A stretch of 64,000 nucleotides of DNA from Paecilomyces variotii (lineage: Eukaryota). The stretch is from NCBI GenBank assembly GCA_004022145.1, contig RCNU01000002.1; one strand, 5' to 3'. Position 1 is the first letter of the stretch. Every line of letters begins with the position of its first letter. The notes beneath the pieces are model-generated. The model did no database searches, was not told the origin of the DNA, and saw only the letters and a program-made list of their open reading frames with translations. Made by a program: the position numbers and the translations under genes. This document shows positions 40,701-53,459 of the stretch, one piece after another.

Positions 40701-42661
40701 GCGCCATAACACATGATCGAGGATGCATGAGGCAGGGATGGTCACCTGGAACCCAATCACGAGGTGTCACCGCCGTCTCTGCCACGATCCAGTCAGGTCC
40801 AGTCAAGTCAAGTCACTGTCAAAGTCAACTAACTCATCTCCAAGACCCTTTCCAGAATGCTTATCATCCTGTCCATCGTGCTTCCCCAACAGAGACGCTA
40901 CAAACATCGAATCTGTCTGTTCCAGACTGGAACAAGTCCGCCAGAAGCATCGCGAAGCGGTGTGTAATCGCCGCTTGGCAAGTGGGAGCGCCGCTATCTC
41001 AATTGCGGACAAATAAATCGAATAAGGCCAAGGCGATCTGCAGCGCAGCGCATCCTAATAGTGACTATCGACGATGAAGCTAACTGGTCCAGCGTGGGTC
41101 GGGATACGGTATCCCACTATCTACGTGGAATGAGAGCCGCGTACCGAATAGAATGTGCATGGCCCGGTCTGTAGTGTACTTGTTGTTGCGATGTGGGCGG
41201 CGGACAGTGTAAGACCCCTACTATAGCACTACTAGATCCTCACACGCGACAGGATTTCCTTCCTTGTCTTTCCTACTATTCTTTGACATGGTCATGGAAG
41301 GCTTGTTAACATTGCTTCGTTTTAGCCTCTTTCTCCCGGAACAGAACGGCGTGACGCCCCCCCTTATAGACAAGCAGTTATTAACGGGCCGCTGGAGATT
41401 GCCAATCCGGATCAACCCTGGTCGAATCATCTCCCAATAGTGTCCCCTGTGCTCCTTGGAGACAAGGATATTTTGCATGCGCGGATATCGCGTACTGAGA
41501 GTATCGTCACCATACAACACATGCTAAGGACCACACGGACTCACTATGATATAATCTCCACAGATGGCCGACGTTTCTTGACCCTTCCACTTCCCGTGCG
41601 CTAGAGGAGTTCGGCGAGTCGCCCCGAGGTCTAAACTTACCCACGAGCTGGCTAAAGGTTGCGCTTCAAGTCAAGCTGACACCCCCGCCTTTCGAGCGGC
41701 TTACTGGCATAGACTACGGCGGTTACGCCTCAGTGCTCTCTCTGTACTCCGTACAGCGTGTCCCCAGAAGATCGCTGCCAGCAAGGCCATGCTGATGGCA
41801 TCCGGATCCGTATTGTTGCTACAGTATCAGGTCTTCCGCCACAGCGAACTGTTCGATCCGTCTAGGACAAAATAAGAAAGCTGAGACATGGGCAATCAAA
41901 GGTTCATGAGCTCGTGGCCTCTCTCTCACGTATCAGAATGATTTTCGCCCTAACTTAGGGTTGGGAACCGGTCGCTGTGGAGCTGAGGTTCCTGGGGTTC
42001 TTCGACCAAGCACATCCGTGTCTGGATGCCCATTGACTCGCATGCTGTGTCAGGAGAATCCTCTTAAAGCTTGCGTTGGTGCCCAACCACGCAATAACCT
42101 CAGTGGACTTCTTGTGTTAGAAACAGTTCCAGAGCAGATCCCAATGATCCACTCATCAATGACTTGTTGCCGACGAAAACTGGCAACTGCCCTGGACCCC
42201 GCAAGAACACATTGGCTCTGAGACATTGTTCAAGATCATCTGCGTCTTTCTATCCAAGAGATCTCCGCTAAGTAGCGCCCAGGAACAAGATATTCTTAGT
42301 GCGAAGGACAGAGAGCCTAGTTTTTGCGTCTCAGTCCCGAATATGAGTTAATTCATTAGGGGCGCTTCTGATGGGGGCGGAGCTCATAACGGTCTTCATC
42401 GGCGAACCATGACGGTTTACATGCAAAACATCATGGCTTCTCTGGAGCGAATAACAGCACGTTCCTGGTCAGAATCTTGAGAATCTGGTCATATTTCTCT
42501 TTGCATGCAGTGGGCAGTTTATAGTGAAATGCCTCATCAGGGACCAGCTCCCTGTCAAGCAAGTTTCACAAAACTGGAGGGCAAGAAAGAGACATATGGA
42601 GACCCGCAAGAGTAGAGAACTGAGCTGTTCTGCTCGGCCACGATGATGAATGATGAAAAGC

Positions 42662-42683
42662 CCTCTCTCTCTCTCTCTCTCTC
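42662..42683 (+). repeat. (CT)n microsatellite upstream of the bZIP gene
   Basis: About 10 CT units seen directly. Confidence 0.85.
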
Positions 42684-43549
42684 GCTTTGGGCTCCGGGGG
42701 CGAAGATGGCAGTGACGATACTATTTTTCAGGCGTGGGCTCGACCCTCACCCCCGGCCCTCTCCTGAGGCCTGTTAGTTAGCACCAACCTGTCAGCTAGC
42801 GCAGCCTTAGATCCACCGCCGCCTTGTCCCTTACCATGGTGACGGCGCACTTCGCACATGCGTTAAGCCATAAAACGTTGTCGAAGTCGAAGCTTTTGTC
42901 CTGCCTGGTCGTTATGTGGCCACTAGTCTCCAACTCATGCCCCGAACCAAGCTGCCTTCCGAATCCCCCGGTTCTATTCCCGTCCCCAGTCTGTACACTG
43001 TTAGCTCATAGATGCAGCGCGGCTAGCTCTGGTCGCTACTGTCTGTGGTGATCTTTGACTGGCCCTTGGGCTCTCACCGCTGGAAGTCTTCCAAACTGCT
43101 GCATATCTTCTTACAGGCCAAACATCGAAGCAACTAGCGAGTCTTTTCTCTACACCTTTCAATTATCCAAAGAGCCCTTCCAGTCCCTCTGGGATCTTTA
43201 GTCGCATTATCAACAGACAAGCAGTCATTGTTTTGCAGCTTGGAAAGATCAGAAGCTTTGAGTCGCATTGAGTGAAAACCGTTGATCCGGTTGGACGCTC
43301 AAAAAATCACAGTATATTGATCTCCTTCGCACCGTGGCTGCTCTGGGAATCAGTGTCCTTCCTGTCCCTCATAGCGAATCTCTGAACTTGTCCTATCAGT
43401 ACCGTTCGCTCGCTGGCTGTCTATCGAACCAACATATAACCTCCCTCTCTCATCACCGACAAAAAGAGGGCCATAGCCATCTTGAGAGAGGGAGGGGCCG
43501 GCCATGTCCCGGTTCGCGACGGCAAGCAAAAGAAGGAGATTCGGAGCTT

Positions 43550-45148
43550 ATGTCGCAGCACTCTGCGTCAAGCCATGTGTCCGGCGATCCTACCCTGGAA
43601 CAGAATCGCACTGTAGATGATGGGCCAGAGTCATCGCTTCGCGAGCATCACGGCCAGGATACCCAGGAGACAGTCCCTACACAGGCGGTTGCATGGAATC
43701 GATTGTCTCCAATCGAACAGAGCCCAGTGCCGACCCAGCCACGTTCCATTGGAGTACATGCGATCCTCAACCCTCCAGAAAGCACAGGCTTGAGCGCACC
43801 TGCTCAACGAGATAGTCGGGATCCTCTCGATGTACCGGCATCGACATCGCCTCGTCTGAGAGGATCTTCGTCACCAGCACCCCGGCCTGCTCGTCCAAGT
43901 AGTCGGTTTCTTCAAACTGACCGTCCATCGCTCTCACCTGGTGTCATTCCGCGACGGATTATTACACCGGTTTCGCCTGCAGCGCGCTCATCGAGTCTAT
44001 CTGGGAGATCTCATCTTCTGACTGGAAAGATCAGTGTTTCGGAGTCCCCCTTTGTCCAAGAGCCATCAACCGGGCTTTATGGCATCGCTACTGGCGGTCC
44101 ACTGTCTGTCGAAACTAGCAATCATCCAAATGCAGCGCTACAGGGGCGACATGTACAAGGTCCGGCGTCTATGCATTCAACGCCAGTTTTCCACGGCAGG
44201 CGGCCCAGTGGTGGCCCTGCTACGAACCCCAGCTCTCAGGATACAAGTCCCAGCACGCCACACTCGACGTACAGTCAATTTGGCCAGTCGCCTCCAATGG
44301 CCACTACTGGGATCCTGCAGCCTCCAACCGTGCCTTCTTTTAAGGCTCCTCCCTTTGTGGCTATGGATTCCTTAGGTCGCGCACCCAGCGTGCCTAGTGG
44401 TTCAAGATATGGCGAAGAGGCTTCGGTTCCGGGTACACCTCATGAGGGATATTCTGCGATACCTGGCATGATACCGGTTATTGTCGATTACAAATCTGGT
44501 TCGAGGAGCCAAGCTGAGAAGCGGAAGGCAAATAGTGACGCATCCAGGAGATTTAGGAACCGAAAAAAGAACGAGCTTGCGCTGGAGCAGAGGATCAGTT
44601 CCCAGGCCGAACAGATGCGGATGTTGACAGAGGAGAGAGATTACTACCGGGCAGAGCGAGATTTCTACCGGGAAACACTCAGTCAGACGATAGGGCTAGG
44701 ACAGCTGCCACCTCGGCCCCCGTCGCCCCGTCACTTTCGAGCATCCTTGAATCAACCCGGCGTCCATAGCAGCGAGTCAGTATGGCGTGGTTCGGAAAGC
44801 TCGCCAGGGAGTACGGTTGACCCGCCGGGAAGGACCGGACAACCGATCACGGCAGGATATCCCAACCCTCCTCACTTGGCGCCTCTACCTCCGGTTTCTC
44901 AGGCTGGCTGGTCTGGCGACCGGCTACCCTATCCTGCACCAAGCGCGGAGACCAGGCAAGGTGAAGGGCTGGATGATCGACAAGGACAAGCGCCGCAGCC
45001 ATATGCTAGCGGGTGGAGGATGGGTTCTCCAAGCGCAAATCTGGCAGGCAGACAACATCCGCCATCAGAGCACATGACAGGACGTTCGTACCAGGATCCT
45101 CACGGCAGACGGGGTACTTTTGATGGGAACTGGAATACGCGCCAATGA
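43550..45148 (+). CDS. bZIP-type transcription factor, Ser/Pro-rich, intronless
   Basis: Basic region SQAEKRKANSDASRRFRNRKK followed by a heptad coil LEQRISSQAEQMRMLTEERDYYRAERDFYR. First in-frame ATG at 43550. Confidence 0.85.
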   Translation: MSQHSASSHVSGDPTLEQNRTVDDGPESSLREHHGQDTQETVPTQAVAWNRLSPIEQSPVPTQPRSIGVHAILNPPESTGLSAPAQRDSRDPLDVPASTSPRLRGSSSPAPRPARPSSRFLQTDRPSLSPGVIPRRIITPVSPAARSSSLSGRSHLLTGKISVSESPFVQEPSTGLYGIATGGPLSVETSNHPNAALQGRHVQGPASMHSTPVFHGRRPSGGPATNPSSQDTSPSTPHSTYSQFGQSPPMATTGILQPPTVPSFKAPPFVAMDSLGRAPSVPSGSRYGEEASVPGTPHEGYSAIPGMIPVIVDYKSGSRSQAEKRKANSDASRRFRNRKKNELALEQRISSQAEQMRMLTEERDYYRAERDFYRETLSQTIGLGQLPPRPPSPRHFRASLNQPGVHSSESVWRGSESSPGSTVDPPGRTGQPITAGYPNPPHLAPLPPVSQAGWSGDRLPYPAPSAETRQGEGLDDRQGQAPQPYASGWRMGSPSANLAGRQHPPSEHMTGRSYQDPHGRRGTFDGNWNTRQ

Positions 45149-46574
45149 GCTCCTGGGTGTAACATTGCTCTCTTTCCCGATCCAATCCCTTTATCTTTTC
45201 CATATAGCGCCTTGGCTGTTCAATTTCTCTTCATCCATGTGTGTTCTGAATTGATTTCATCGTCTTTCTCATCTCCCTTGGCGCGACTGGTTCGGAAAGA
45301 GGGTGCCCGCCTCAGGCGTCGATATCTAGAAAAAGTCGAGTGTTACTGTTGTCTGTTCCGCTCTTTTACAGCGGAACGGACATGCACGGAATTAGGAGTG
45401 AACAACCGTTGCTCTTTTTCCTTCTACTGCTCCATAAGTTCTCTAGCGATTCATGTTCCAGTCTTGTTCGCCATACCCTGGACAGTACTCGTAATTATGT
45501 CTACGAGGATCATTGCGGATAACGGCCTTTGCGGGTGGTCTTGCTGTTTATCTTTATCGTGTCTCTTTCCGGTTTCTCTTTCACTATCCAGCCTGGAGCA
45601 AAGCGTGGATATTCTGCCTATGGTGGTCACCTCGAGCTTCCCTTTGCCTTGCTGATGCCTTGTTTGGGGACGTCAGTCCAACATATCTCGAGGGAGTGAC
45701 TGAGAGCCGGGGGGGTTCGCGTCGCCTTTCTTCCTTCTTCTTCTTGCTTTTACTAGACTTTCTTCTTTTTATAATGGCGCTGGGTGGTCTTCTCCTTGCA
45801 TTTCTCGGGTTTTTTGTTGCAGAAAAGCGTGTATTAAACGTGAACGGAAGCATGAATATGCGATCACAGCTTAATAGTGGCAGGATAGCAGTTAATAGAA
45901 TGGAGTATCCCTCGTCTCACGGGGGCCGATCATCTTGATACACAATTCTCTGTACTTGGTAAATACATCAATCCATCTCGTTTGTCGTGGTCCTAACAAT
46001 CCTCCTGCGGTTTGTAACGGCGGTCTACCGATCAGCCCCGCCGCGGTTCGCCGTCCGAGTTCCGCCCGCGTGTTCCGGCCAATCAGGAGGGACCCTGGCG
46101 CAGTTGGCTCGTCTGGGGAAGGAGCGATCCCTCGTTCCTTCCTCGCTCCTTCCAGCTGCAGTAGGGCCCCACTGTGCTTCACGTGCCTGGATGACAGGTG
46201 CCAATCGAGCACAGACACACCCGCTGCCAGCCAATCAGAAGGAAGCATTCCAGTCTCATCATTGTCGCGCACTGCTGGACAGTTTCAGAACATCGAGTAT
46301 CCCTAGGTTGTCTATCTCATACCGTGGTCAGATATTCCTTTAAATGGCTTGCACAGCCCAGAAGACTCTCTCTGTTCTGTGCCGCACGCTGGTCCCCAAC
46401 TCCGGTCTGGCCTCGTCTCTTGCGTGCGGGTGAGAGAGTGATGACGGGATGGACGCAAGACGATCTGCTCCGGTCCTTGACTGTTGGACAAGATGGAACT
46501 ATACCAGACTTGAAGGTTCAGTTCGTGACCGTGGTCTTTCTTTTCCGATTCATGCAGACGAGAATTCGACCTTG

Positions 46575-48143
46575 ATGGAAAAGCAACTCGAGCATCAACC
46601 GGAGGAGGGCTCTTCGTCCAGCAGCCGGGCACGTGCTATGGTAGTGGCAGTTTGCATGCTTCTATCAGTTATACTGCTGTTGCTATCATCTTCGAAGAAG
46701 TGAGTGCTCTTTGTAAACTGATGAGATGTCTTTCGATGTAGCTTCAGTGAAATGAGCGATCTGTAGTGAAAAACATTGCTGAATCTTGTTGCCAGCAGCA
46801 CCGAGAACCGTCCCCTGAACCGTTGCGAGAATACCGAGAGAGGATATCAAGGCTATCCCGAGATAAGTCACTATTGGGGACCGTACGCCCCCTTTTTCTC
46901 TCTTGATGCAATCTCGGAGATATCAGCGGATATCCCAGCCGGCTGCAACGTTACTTTCGTTCAAGTGCTTTCACGTCATGGCGCCAGATACCCGACACTT
47001 CACAAATCGACGAGTTATTCGGATCTTATAGACCGTATCCAACAGCATGCAACTGCTTTTCGTGGCGACTTTGCGTTCCTGGAGGACTACAGGTACACGC
47101 TAGGCGCTGATAACTTGACGGCTTTTGGTGAGAACGAGATGGCTTTGTCCGGGGTTACGTTTTATAATCGATACAAGTCCTTGACAAGGAGTATCGCCCC
47201 TTTTGCTCGGTCTTCCGGATCTGACAGGGTCGTCCGTTCAGGCGAGCTGTTTCTTAGTGGTTTTCAAAACGCGAAGGCCGCGGATCCTCAGTCAAAGAAG
47301 AACGACACCGTGCCAACAATCAAGGCCATACTACCTGAGGAGGGATCATTCAACAATACACTGAGCCACAACAATTGTCCTGCTTTGGAAGACAATGATC
47401 TCTCTGATTCAGCTAAAATGGGCTTTTTGGGAGGATTCGCACCAGCCATTCTCGATCGTATTGAGCACAATCTCCCTGGTGTGAACTTGTCGATTAAGGA
47501 TGCTCTCTATCTCATGGATCTCTGCCCTTTTGAGACGGTGGCCAAGACCATAGATGCGTCCAAGCTATCGCCGTTTTGCTCCTTGTTTACGCAGGAAGAG
47601 TGGCGGCACTACGACTATTATCAGTCCCTGGGGAAATATTATGGATACGGAGCGGGAAACTCCCTTGGACCGGCGCAAGGCATCGGTTTCGTCAACGAAT
47701 TGATTGCCCGAATGTCCAATACTCCGGTCAATGACCACACTAACGTGAACCATACGCTTGATTCAGACCCAGAATCGTTCCCTCTGGATGCTACGCTGTA
47801 CGTCGACTTTAGCCACGACAACAGCATGACATCAATATACGCAGCCCTCGGTTTGTATAACGGCACAAAGCAACTATCACTATCCAGGATCCAATCGACG
47901 AACGAAACAGACGGCTATTCTGCAGCCTGGACGGTGCCATTTGGGGCGCGGGCATATGTCGAGATGATGCAATGTCCGTCCGGAGATGAACCCCTCGTTC
48001 GGATTCTGGTTAATGACCGCGTTGTGCCACTTCATGGCTGCCAGGTAGATGAACTGGGGCGGTGCTCGCGAGGAGATTTTATCGAGGGACTGAGGTTTGC
48101 TAGAACGGGAGGTAATTGGGAAAGCTGTTACTTGGCGGCTTGA
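46575..48143 (+). CDS. phyA: 3-phytase A (histidine acid phosphatase); intron 46700-46795
   Basis: RHGARYPT and FSHDN active-site motifs. Exon 1 encodes a hydrophobic signal segment. C-terminal LVNDRVVPLHGC...GGNWESC. Confidence 0.93.
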
Positions 48144-48621
48144 GGAAGTCATGCAGAGTATCTATCATATGTCTGACGCATCTAATGTGCCATTATGCAG
48201 ATAGGCAATATAGGAAGTGGACTTCTAGAAAAACTGAGAACCCGTTCATTCTCATGGTTCTAGTCAAAATGCTACCACGCGGACCTATGTAGGATTTCCA
48301 GGGCAAACTAAGAACTTCACACTACTCATTTTGATATAGCCCAGAAACTACACGCATACCGTATCTTGTCCTAAAATACATATGGAATAAACTGATAGGT
48401 TCATACCCATGCATGCACTATAGACTAGACTATTCCAACATCCCTCAGGGAAAAGATGATCCGCAATCCCCTCACCAGAGACGTCAAGAGATGCTCGCAC
48501 AGAATTAAAAATAAAAGTACAGCGCTAAGGAAGCAAACTTGACTATATTACAGTTACAAAGCTGAACTCAACTCAAGGTCTTAAATAAAGCGGTCCAATT
48601 CATTCCTATCCACCTCACCCC

Positions 48622-49244
48622 CTAGGTTGATTCAGCACCAGCAGGGGCAGTAGTAGACGAAGAAGGAGTCTCCTTGGAGAGATGTTTTTGCTGTTGTTTC
48701 CCGGTCGCTATAAAAAAAATAATTAATTAGTTACTTTCTCTGTCTTTTCTATATCATAGCCGTAGACATAGCCATAGCCATAGCCCGATGGTGGGTAAGA
48801 TGTTGGAAAAAAGAAAGTATGGGAGCTCTATTTGATTGTAAAACTCACATCTCTCATAAAGGATATAACTCGAATAAATTAAAATCGGGAGGGCTACGAT
48901 CGTGGATGTCCATCTAGGTTTGCCCGTTAGATTAATTCAACTATGGGTAATGAATCGACCCGGCAATATATAAAAAACATTAAAAAAATCAAATAACATT
49001 GATTTAAAACAAAGAATGAGAAAAGAATAACAAACCTCCTCGCAGCCGCTTTATACTGCGGCGTCTTTCGAATATCCTCTGGCGAAGTCGGTAGTCGCGG
49101 CGCTGTTCTCCGCTGCTGATTCAAATCCCGAAGAGCGCGCGCATCGAGAACCTGCGGTCTTCGGGTCGGAGTTGGAGTTGAAGTTGAGTTCTGCTTTGAT
49201 GATGATGATGATGATGCTTTGGTTGGTTCGGGGGTGTTGGCCAT
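48622..49244 (-). CDS. Small single-pass membrane protein of unknown function; introns 49035-48914 and 48848-48708
   Basis: Spliced product MANTPEPTK...DIRKTPQYKAAARRWTSTIVALPILIYSSYILYERSTGKQQQKHL...EST* uses canonical GT..AG sites and keeps frame. Confidence 0.75.
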
Positions 49245-50053
49245 GATGATTTTTGGTTTTGATTGCTTGAAGAACGAGCCCTTTGTAAAGCTGTTATTAT
49301 GTACAGTAAAAAAAGGCACCCTTTCTTCCGGATGCGAACCGAACCAATTGGTTGTTCGAGGTTCGAACTGGATATCGAGTGTGGGATTCTTGGTCAAGGA
49401 TTCGATTGCGACTGGGTTTTCTTCTTGAGGGAAACTGATCATATAATAGGCGATTCGTATTCGCGTGGTCGGGTTGGATACGATCGGAAGGAATCTGGAT
49501 TTCCAACTTTTTTCCCGCTGCCGCCTTTTCTTTTAGGCATTCCGCCGGCACGCGAGTCGTTCCCGGCCACTCCAACTGGAGATGTCGGAGTAGATGAAAA
49601 GTGCGACTTTTCTTCAGTTCGGATTTGAGGGCTCTGAATTTCTCCATGTGCTGTTCTCTTGAGTGATTTTAACGATCAAAATGGAGTTTTACGTGCTTTC
49701 TCGTTGCGAGATGGGCATGTTTCCTACGAAGACTCTCCTAAATAAATTTGCAGGAATCACACATTTTTGCACGCATAGCAAATCTAAGCATAGCAAAGCT
49801 ATTTCCATTCCCCGAAATTGATTAAGATAAATATGACAGATACTCTGCTTGTTGCCGTACAAGATGGAACGTGTATCGCCTGTGAGAATAATAAACGTCG
49901 TCGTCCTGACGTGGGTATCGAACAGTTATGCTTCCCCAATACCAAAAGAAACGTCGAAGTAAACAGTTCCGCATTGGTCCAAGTAGCATCAGACAAGATA
50001 GCAATACGAGTCTGTTAAGGACCGCCTGAGATTCATGTGTCCAGCACAGGATG

Positions 50054-52866
50054 TCAGTTGGCTTCATCTTCTTTCGCTTCGACCCCAATACCGAGCCCGC
50101 TGTCTTCCTGAATATCAGACCGGGCCTCAGATCCCTTCCTGCGGACTCTCGCCCTACGAGATCTGGCCTCCGCATTACTCTGGATCTGAGCTAACATCGC
50201 AGCTGCAGCCCGTCTCCTGGGCCGTCCACCGGCGCCGGTATCCTTGTTTGCCCCAGTTCCGTTTTGGCTAGGAGAGCTTAGATCGTCTGATGGAGCTGTT
50301 GTGACTTTATTCTCTCCCTTGTCGATGCTATGAGGATACTCGACTCTTTCTGCCTGTGCCGGGGCAGAGACACGTCTCTTCTTTGTGACTGTCTTGTCTG
50401 TTGCATTCGTGCCAGTTGACTTCCTCTTCAGAGTCTCTGCTGGCTTTTCTACCACAATCGGCCCCTCTGTGCGACGCCTTTTGCGTGTGGCTCCCGTGCT
50501 GCGCTGGGGAGTTAGCTGAGTAGTTTTAGACTCCACCACGGCACCGCGTTTCCTCTTCTTTGCCTGGCTAGAAGCATCGTGGCTATGAATGATCGCCTCG
50601 AGCTCAGCTAAAGACATTGATCGATCAACCGTGAGGCCCATGCTCTTCGCAGTCTCCCGAGCTCTGATCTTCGCGGTTTCGAAATCCACGTTCTCTGTGG
50701 TAAACGGATGGTCTCCGCCTTGGGGAAGATTGCGCTGACCCATTGGTGGCGGAAAGCCAAAAACCTTGTCCTTTTCAATCTGCTCCAAAGATTTAATCTG
50801 AGGCGGGGGTTTTGGCAGCTCTTTATCTCCATGCGTATTGATCGTTTCAATCCATGTATACGTCTCAGGCACGAGGGCAATCTCCTCGCCATATTCATTC
50901 AGCTGACCTGTGTGTACCCACCCATCCTCATCAGTCCAAGGTCGAGAGACACCCGCATGATCGAGCCGGGGCGCCACACTTTCAGTCTGTAGGACAGGCT
51001 CTGGTTGAGCCATAGCAGAAGTTCTATCACCGCTGCTCGATCCCTTTCCAGAAGAACTGCTATTCTGCATTTGTTCGTTGGATTCATACTCTTCACGAAG
51101 CCGCTTAATGTGTGCATTTTGATCGGGGGACAGCTCAAAGTCGGGTGCAAGAGCAGCGGCGGCCAGCTCGTACATTTGTCTAGCCACAAAATCTTCTTCT
51201 GCAGCAGACGACTGCAGCGTGTTTGGCTTGACGGACTCAGTATGGTCATGTTCTGGTGAATTCTGAGCTTCTTCTTTTCCTGCAGAAGAGGGAGGCCTAT
51301 CATAGCCGCCAGCCGTCTTTCTCAATTTTGGCTTCTGCTCGAGAGCCTCGATAGCTTTAGCAGTTGGCTTTCTGACACGGCTTGAAGTTCGAGTTACGAT
51401 TGGACTTTCTGAAGATCCACCGCTAGCTTTGCTCATATTTTTATCGGAAGTCTCATTGCTTCTTTCGTCGCCTTTCCTTGCGGCACGACGACGACTTTGG
51501 CGGCCAGCGCCTGGTGATTCGAGAGTGTCGATACGACCAATTGTATCTGAGACGGGTGGGGCTGGTTGTCGCAGTTTCAAGCGCAGCTTGGAATCTGTAT
51601 TTCCCTTGTTTGACTTGACCTCCGAAGGCTTCATGTCATCATTGCTCTTAGGTGTCGTGTTTTGGATGCGAGTTTCTGAAGGAAAGTATGATTCCAACGT
51701 CTTTCTCCTGCTTGCCTCGCGTTGAGAAAACCTGCCCGCTCTGGCAGCATTCTGCCTATCTCCATTGCGAGAACTAGGAGTGTCAACCGTGACCGAGGTG
51801 TCATCTACAGTCGTCTGTCTCATACTTGAAGCATTGCGCTTCTCACGACCAATTCTGGTTGCTGGAGTAGGCGTGTTGAGTGCTGAGCTATCTCCCAAAC
51901 CGACAGCAACGGGCATGTCTTTCTCGGCTCTCAGTGTTGTTTTCCCATCGACAGGGTTCCGTGAGAAGATCAAGCGAAGACTCTTTTTCTGAGACGGATT
52001 ACCAGCATTTGGCTCTGAAGCGGCCTCATCATCACTTCGTACGTTGGAAACATCCTTGCCGGACTTCGAATGAGAATTGGAGCTGGTATTGTCCGGAGGT
52101 ACGGGCTCGTTTTTAGCGAGCTCCTTCCTCTGGTTTTGTGAAGATTTGCGATTTCCACGCTTTTTCTCCATAGCAAAAGCTTCTCTCCGACTGATATCCG
52201 AGCTTGAATTTCTGCTTATGTCTGAGTTGAAATCTGCAGTCTCGCCTGGCGCATTAGGAGTCTTCTGTACTCGTCTGCGTTTTGCTCGAAATGATGAGCC
52301 CAGTGGTGTGCCTGTCTCCGCAGGAGATGACACGGGATATGGCTTTGTAACACAACTCAAAGTCCATTCACCATCCTCGCCCGCTGACAAGTTCAAGATC
52401 TTTCGGGAGGAATGACGTGGATCTTTGGTCTAGGACAGGTTATCAATATCAATCGAAAACGCTGTAGAACACAAACATGCTTTATTTTCCTTACCTCTGG
52501 CTGACGACGGAGATTTGCCGGAAGGCTGCTTCTCTGACTTGAGCGTCTAGCAACCACTATTATATTGCAGTCAGTAACTGAGTATGCTAGAAGTGAATGA
52601 TATTGTGGGAGGCTGGGAGGATTAACGAAACAACACGCAACATGACAGAGCAGGGTGCGGGGCAAACAGAAAAGGATATATTTCTTACTCTTTATGCGCA
52701 GCCTTGTTATTATATCTGCAAAAGAGATATATGTACTCAGTGGCTGTCTTGAGGACGAGTCCTTTCGTACGAAAGCAGCCTTCAACTCCCATATAATTCC
52801 ATGCGATACTGGAGTATCAGAGACCCGATATAATGTATTCCAATCGAATTATGAACGTGCTGGCAT
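50054..52866 (-). CDS. Large basic, mostly disordered, probably nuclear protein of unknown function; three short 5' exons
   Basis: 780-codon terminal exon with KKRKR/RKRRR patches. Upstream exons (MPAL/SHGIIWELKAAFVRK.../MVARRSSQ...QPE) can be spliced in frame; the 5' model is tentative. Confidence 0.75.
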
Positions 52867-53459
52867 GTTTGAAAACCGGAAAACTCTCCAAATGATAAAG
52901 TACGGTCGGATCAGGACGGGTTGAAGAGCGGACGCAAAACTAGCTTTGTAGAACGACCAACGTTAGTTATATTGACCGAAAGAACAAGGTAAGGCGGCAA
53001 ATGCCAGCTATTCTCACTCGGTATGATATCGTACTTGCGTACACCAGCGTCAGAAAGGTGCTCCGCAGATCAGATAATGAGGGATGGAAGGTCGAATAAA
53101 AACGTCTTTATGTCGGACGATGAAGCAAAGCAGCGGGGACAATCTACAAGGGTATTTGAACGGCGAGCGCCGCACTGGCTGCGCTCACAAAGGGATGTAT
53201 GGAGAATGTAGAGAAATAAATAATATGGTCTTCCAGTCTGCAGGCGTCGAAGGTCAAAAAACAGAGCGCCAAAAGCTGTTAAACCGGTGCAGCAAACTGA
53301 TTTTGGGGACGGCAGCAGATCGGGGAATTAGGGCTTCTCTGGCAGGACGGAAGGTTATCGGACCGCCGCGTGCCCCGGGACCTTCCTTACATCTCGAGCA
53401 ATCTACTGTACATCGAAACATCTCTCCATCGCATACACTTGCTCATTCGATTCAGCAAG

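Noticed and set aside
45212..46632. Overlapping short ORFs between the bZIP gene and phyA
   Set aside because: Mostly non-ATG starts with UTR/promoter-like composition and no recognisable domain.
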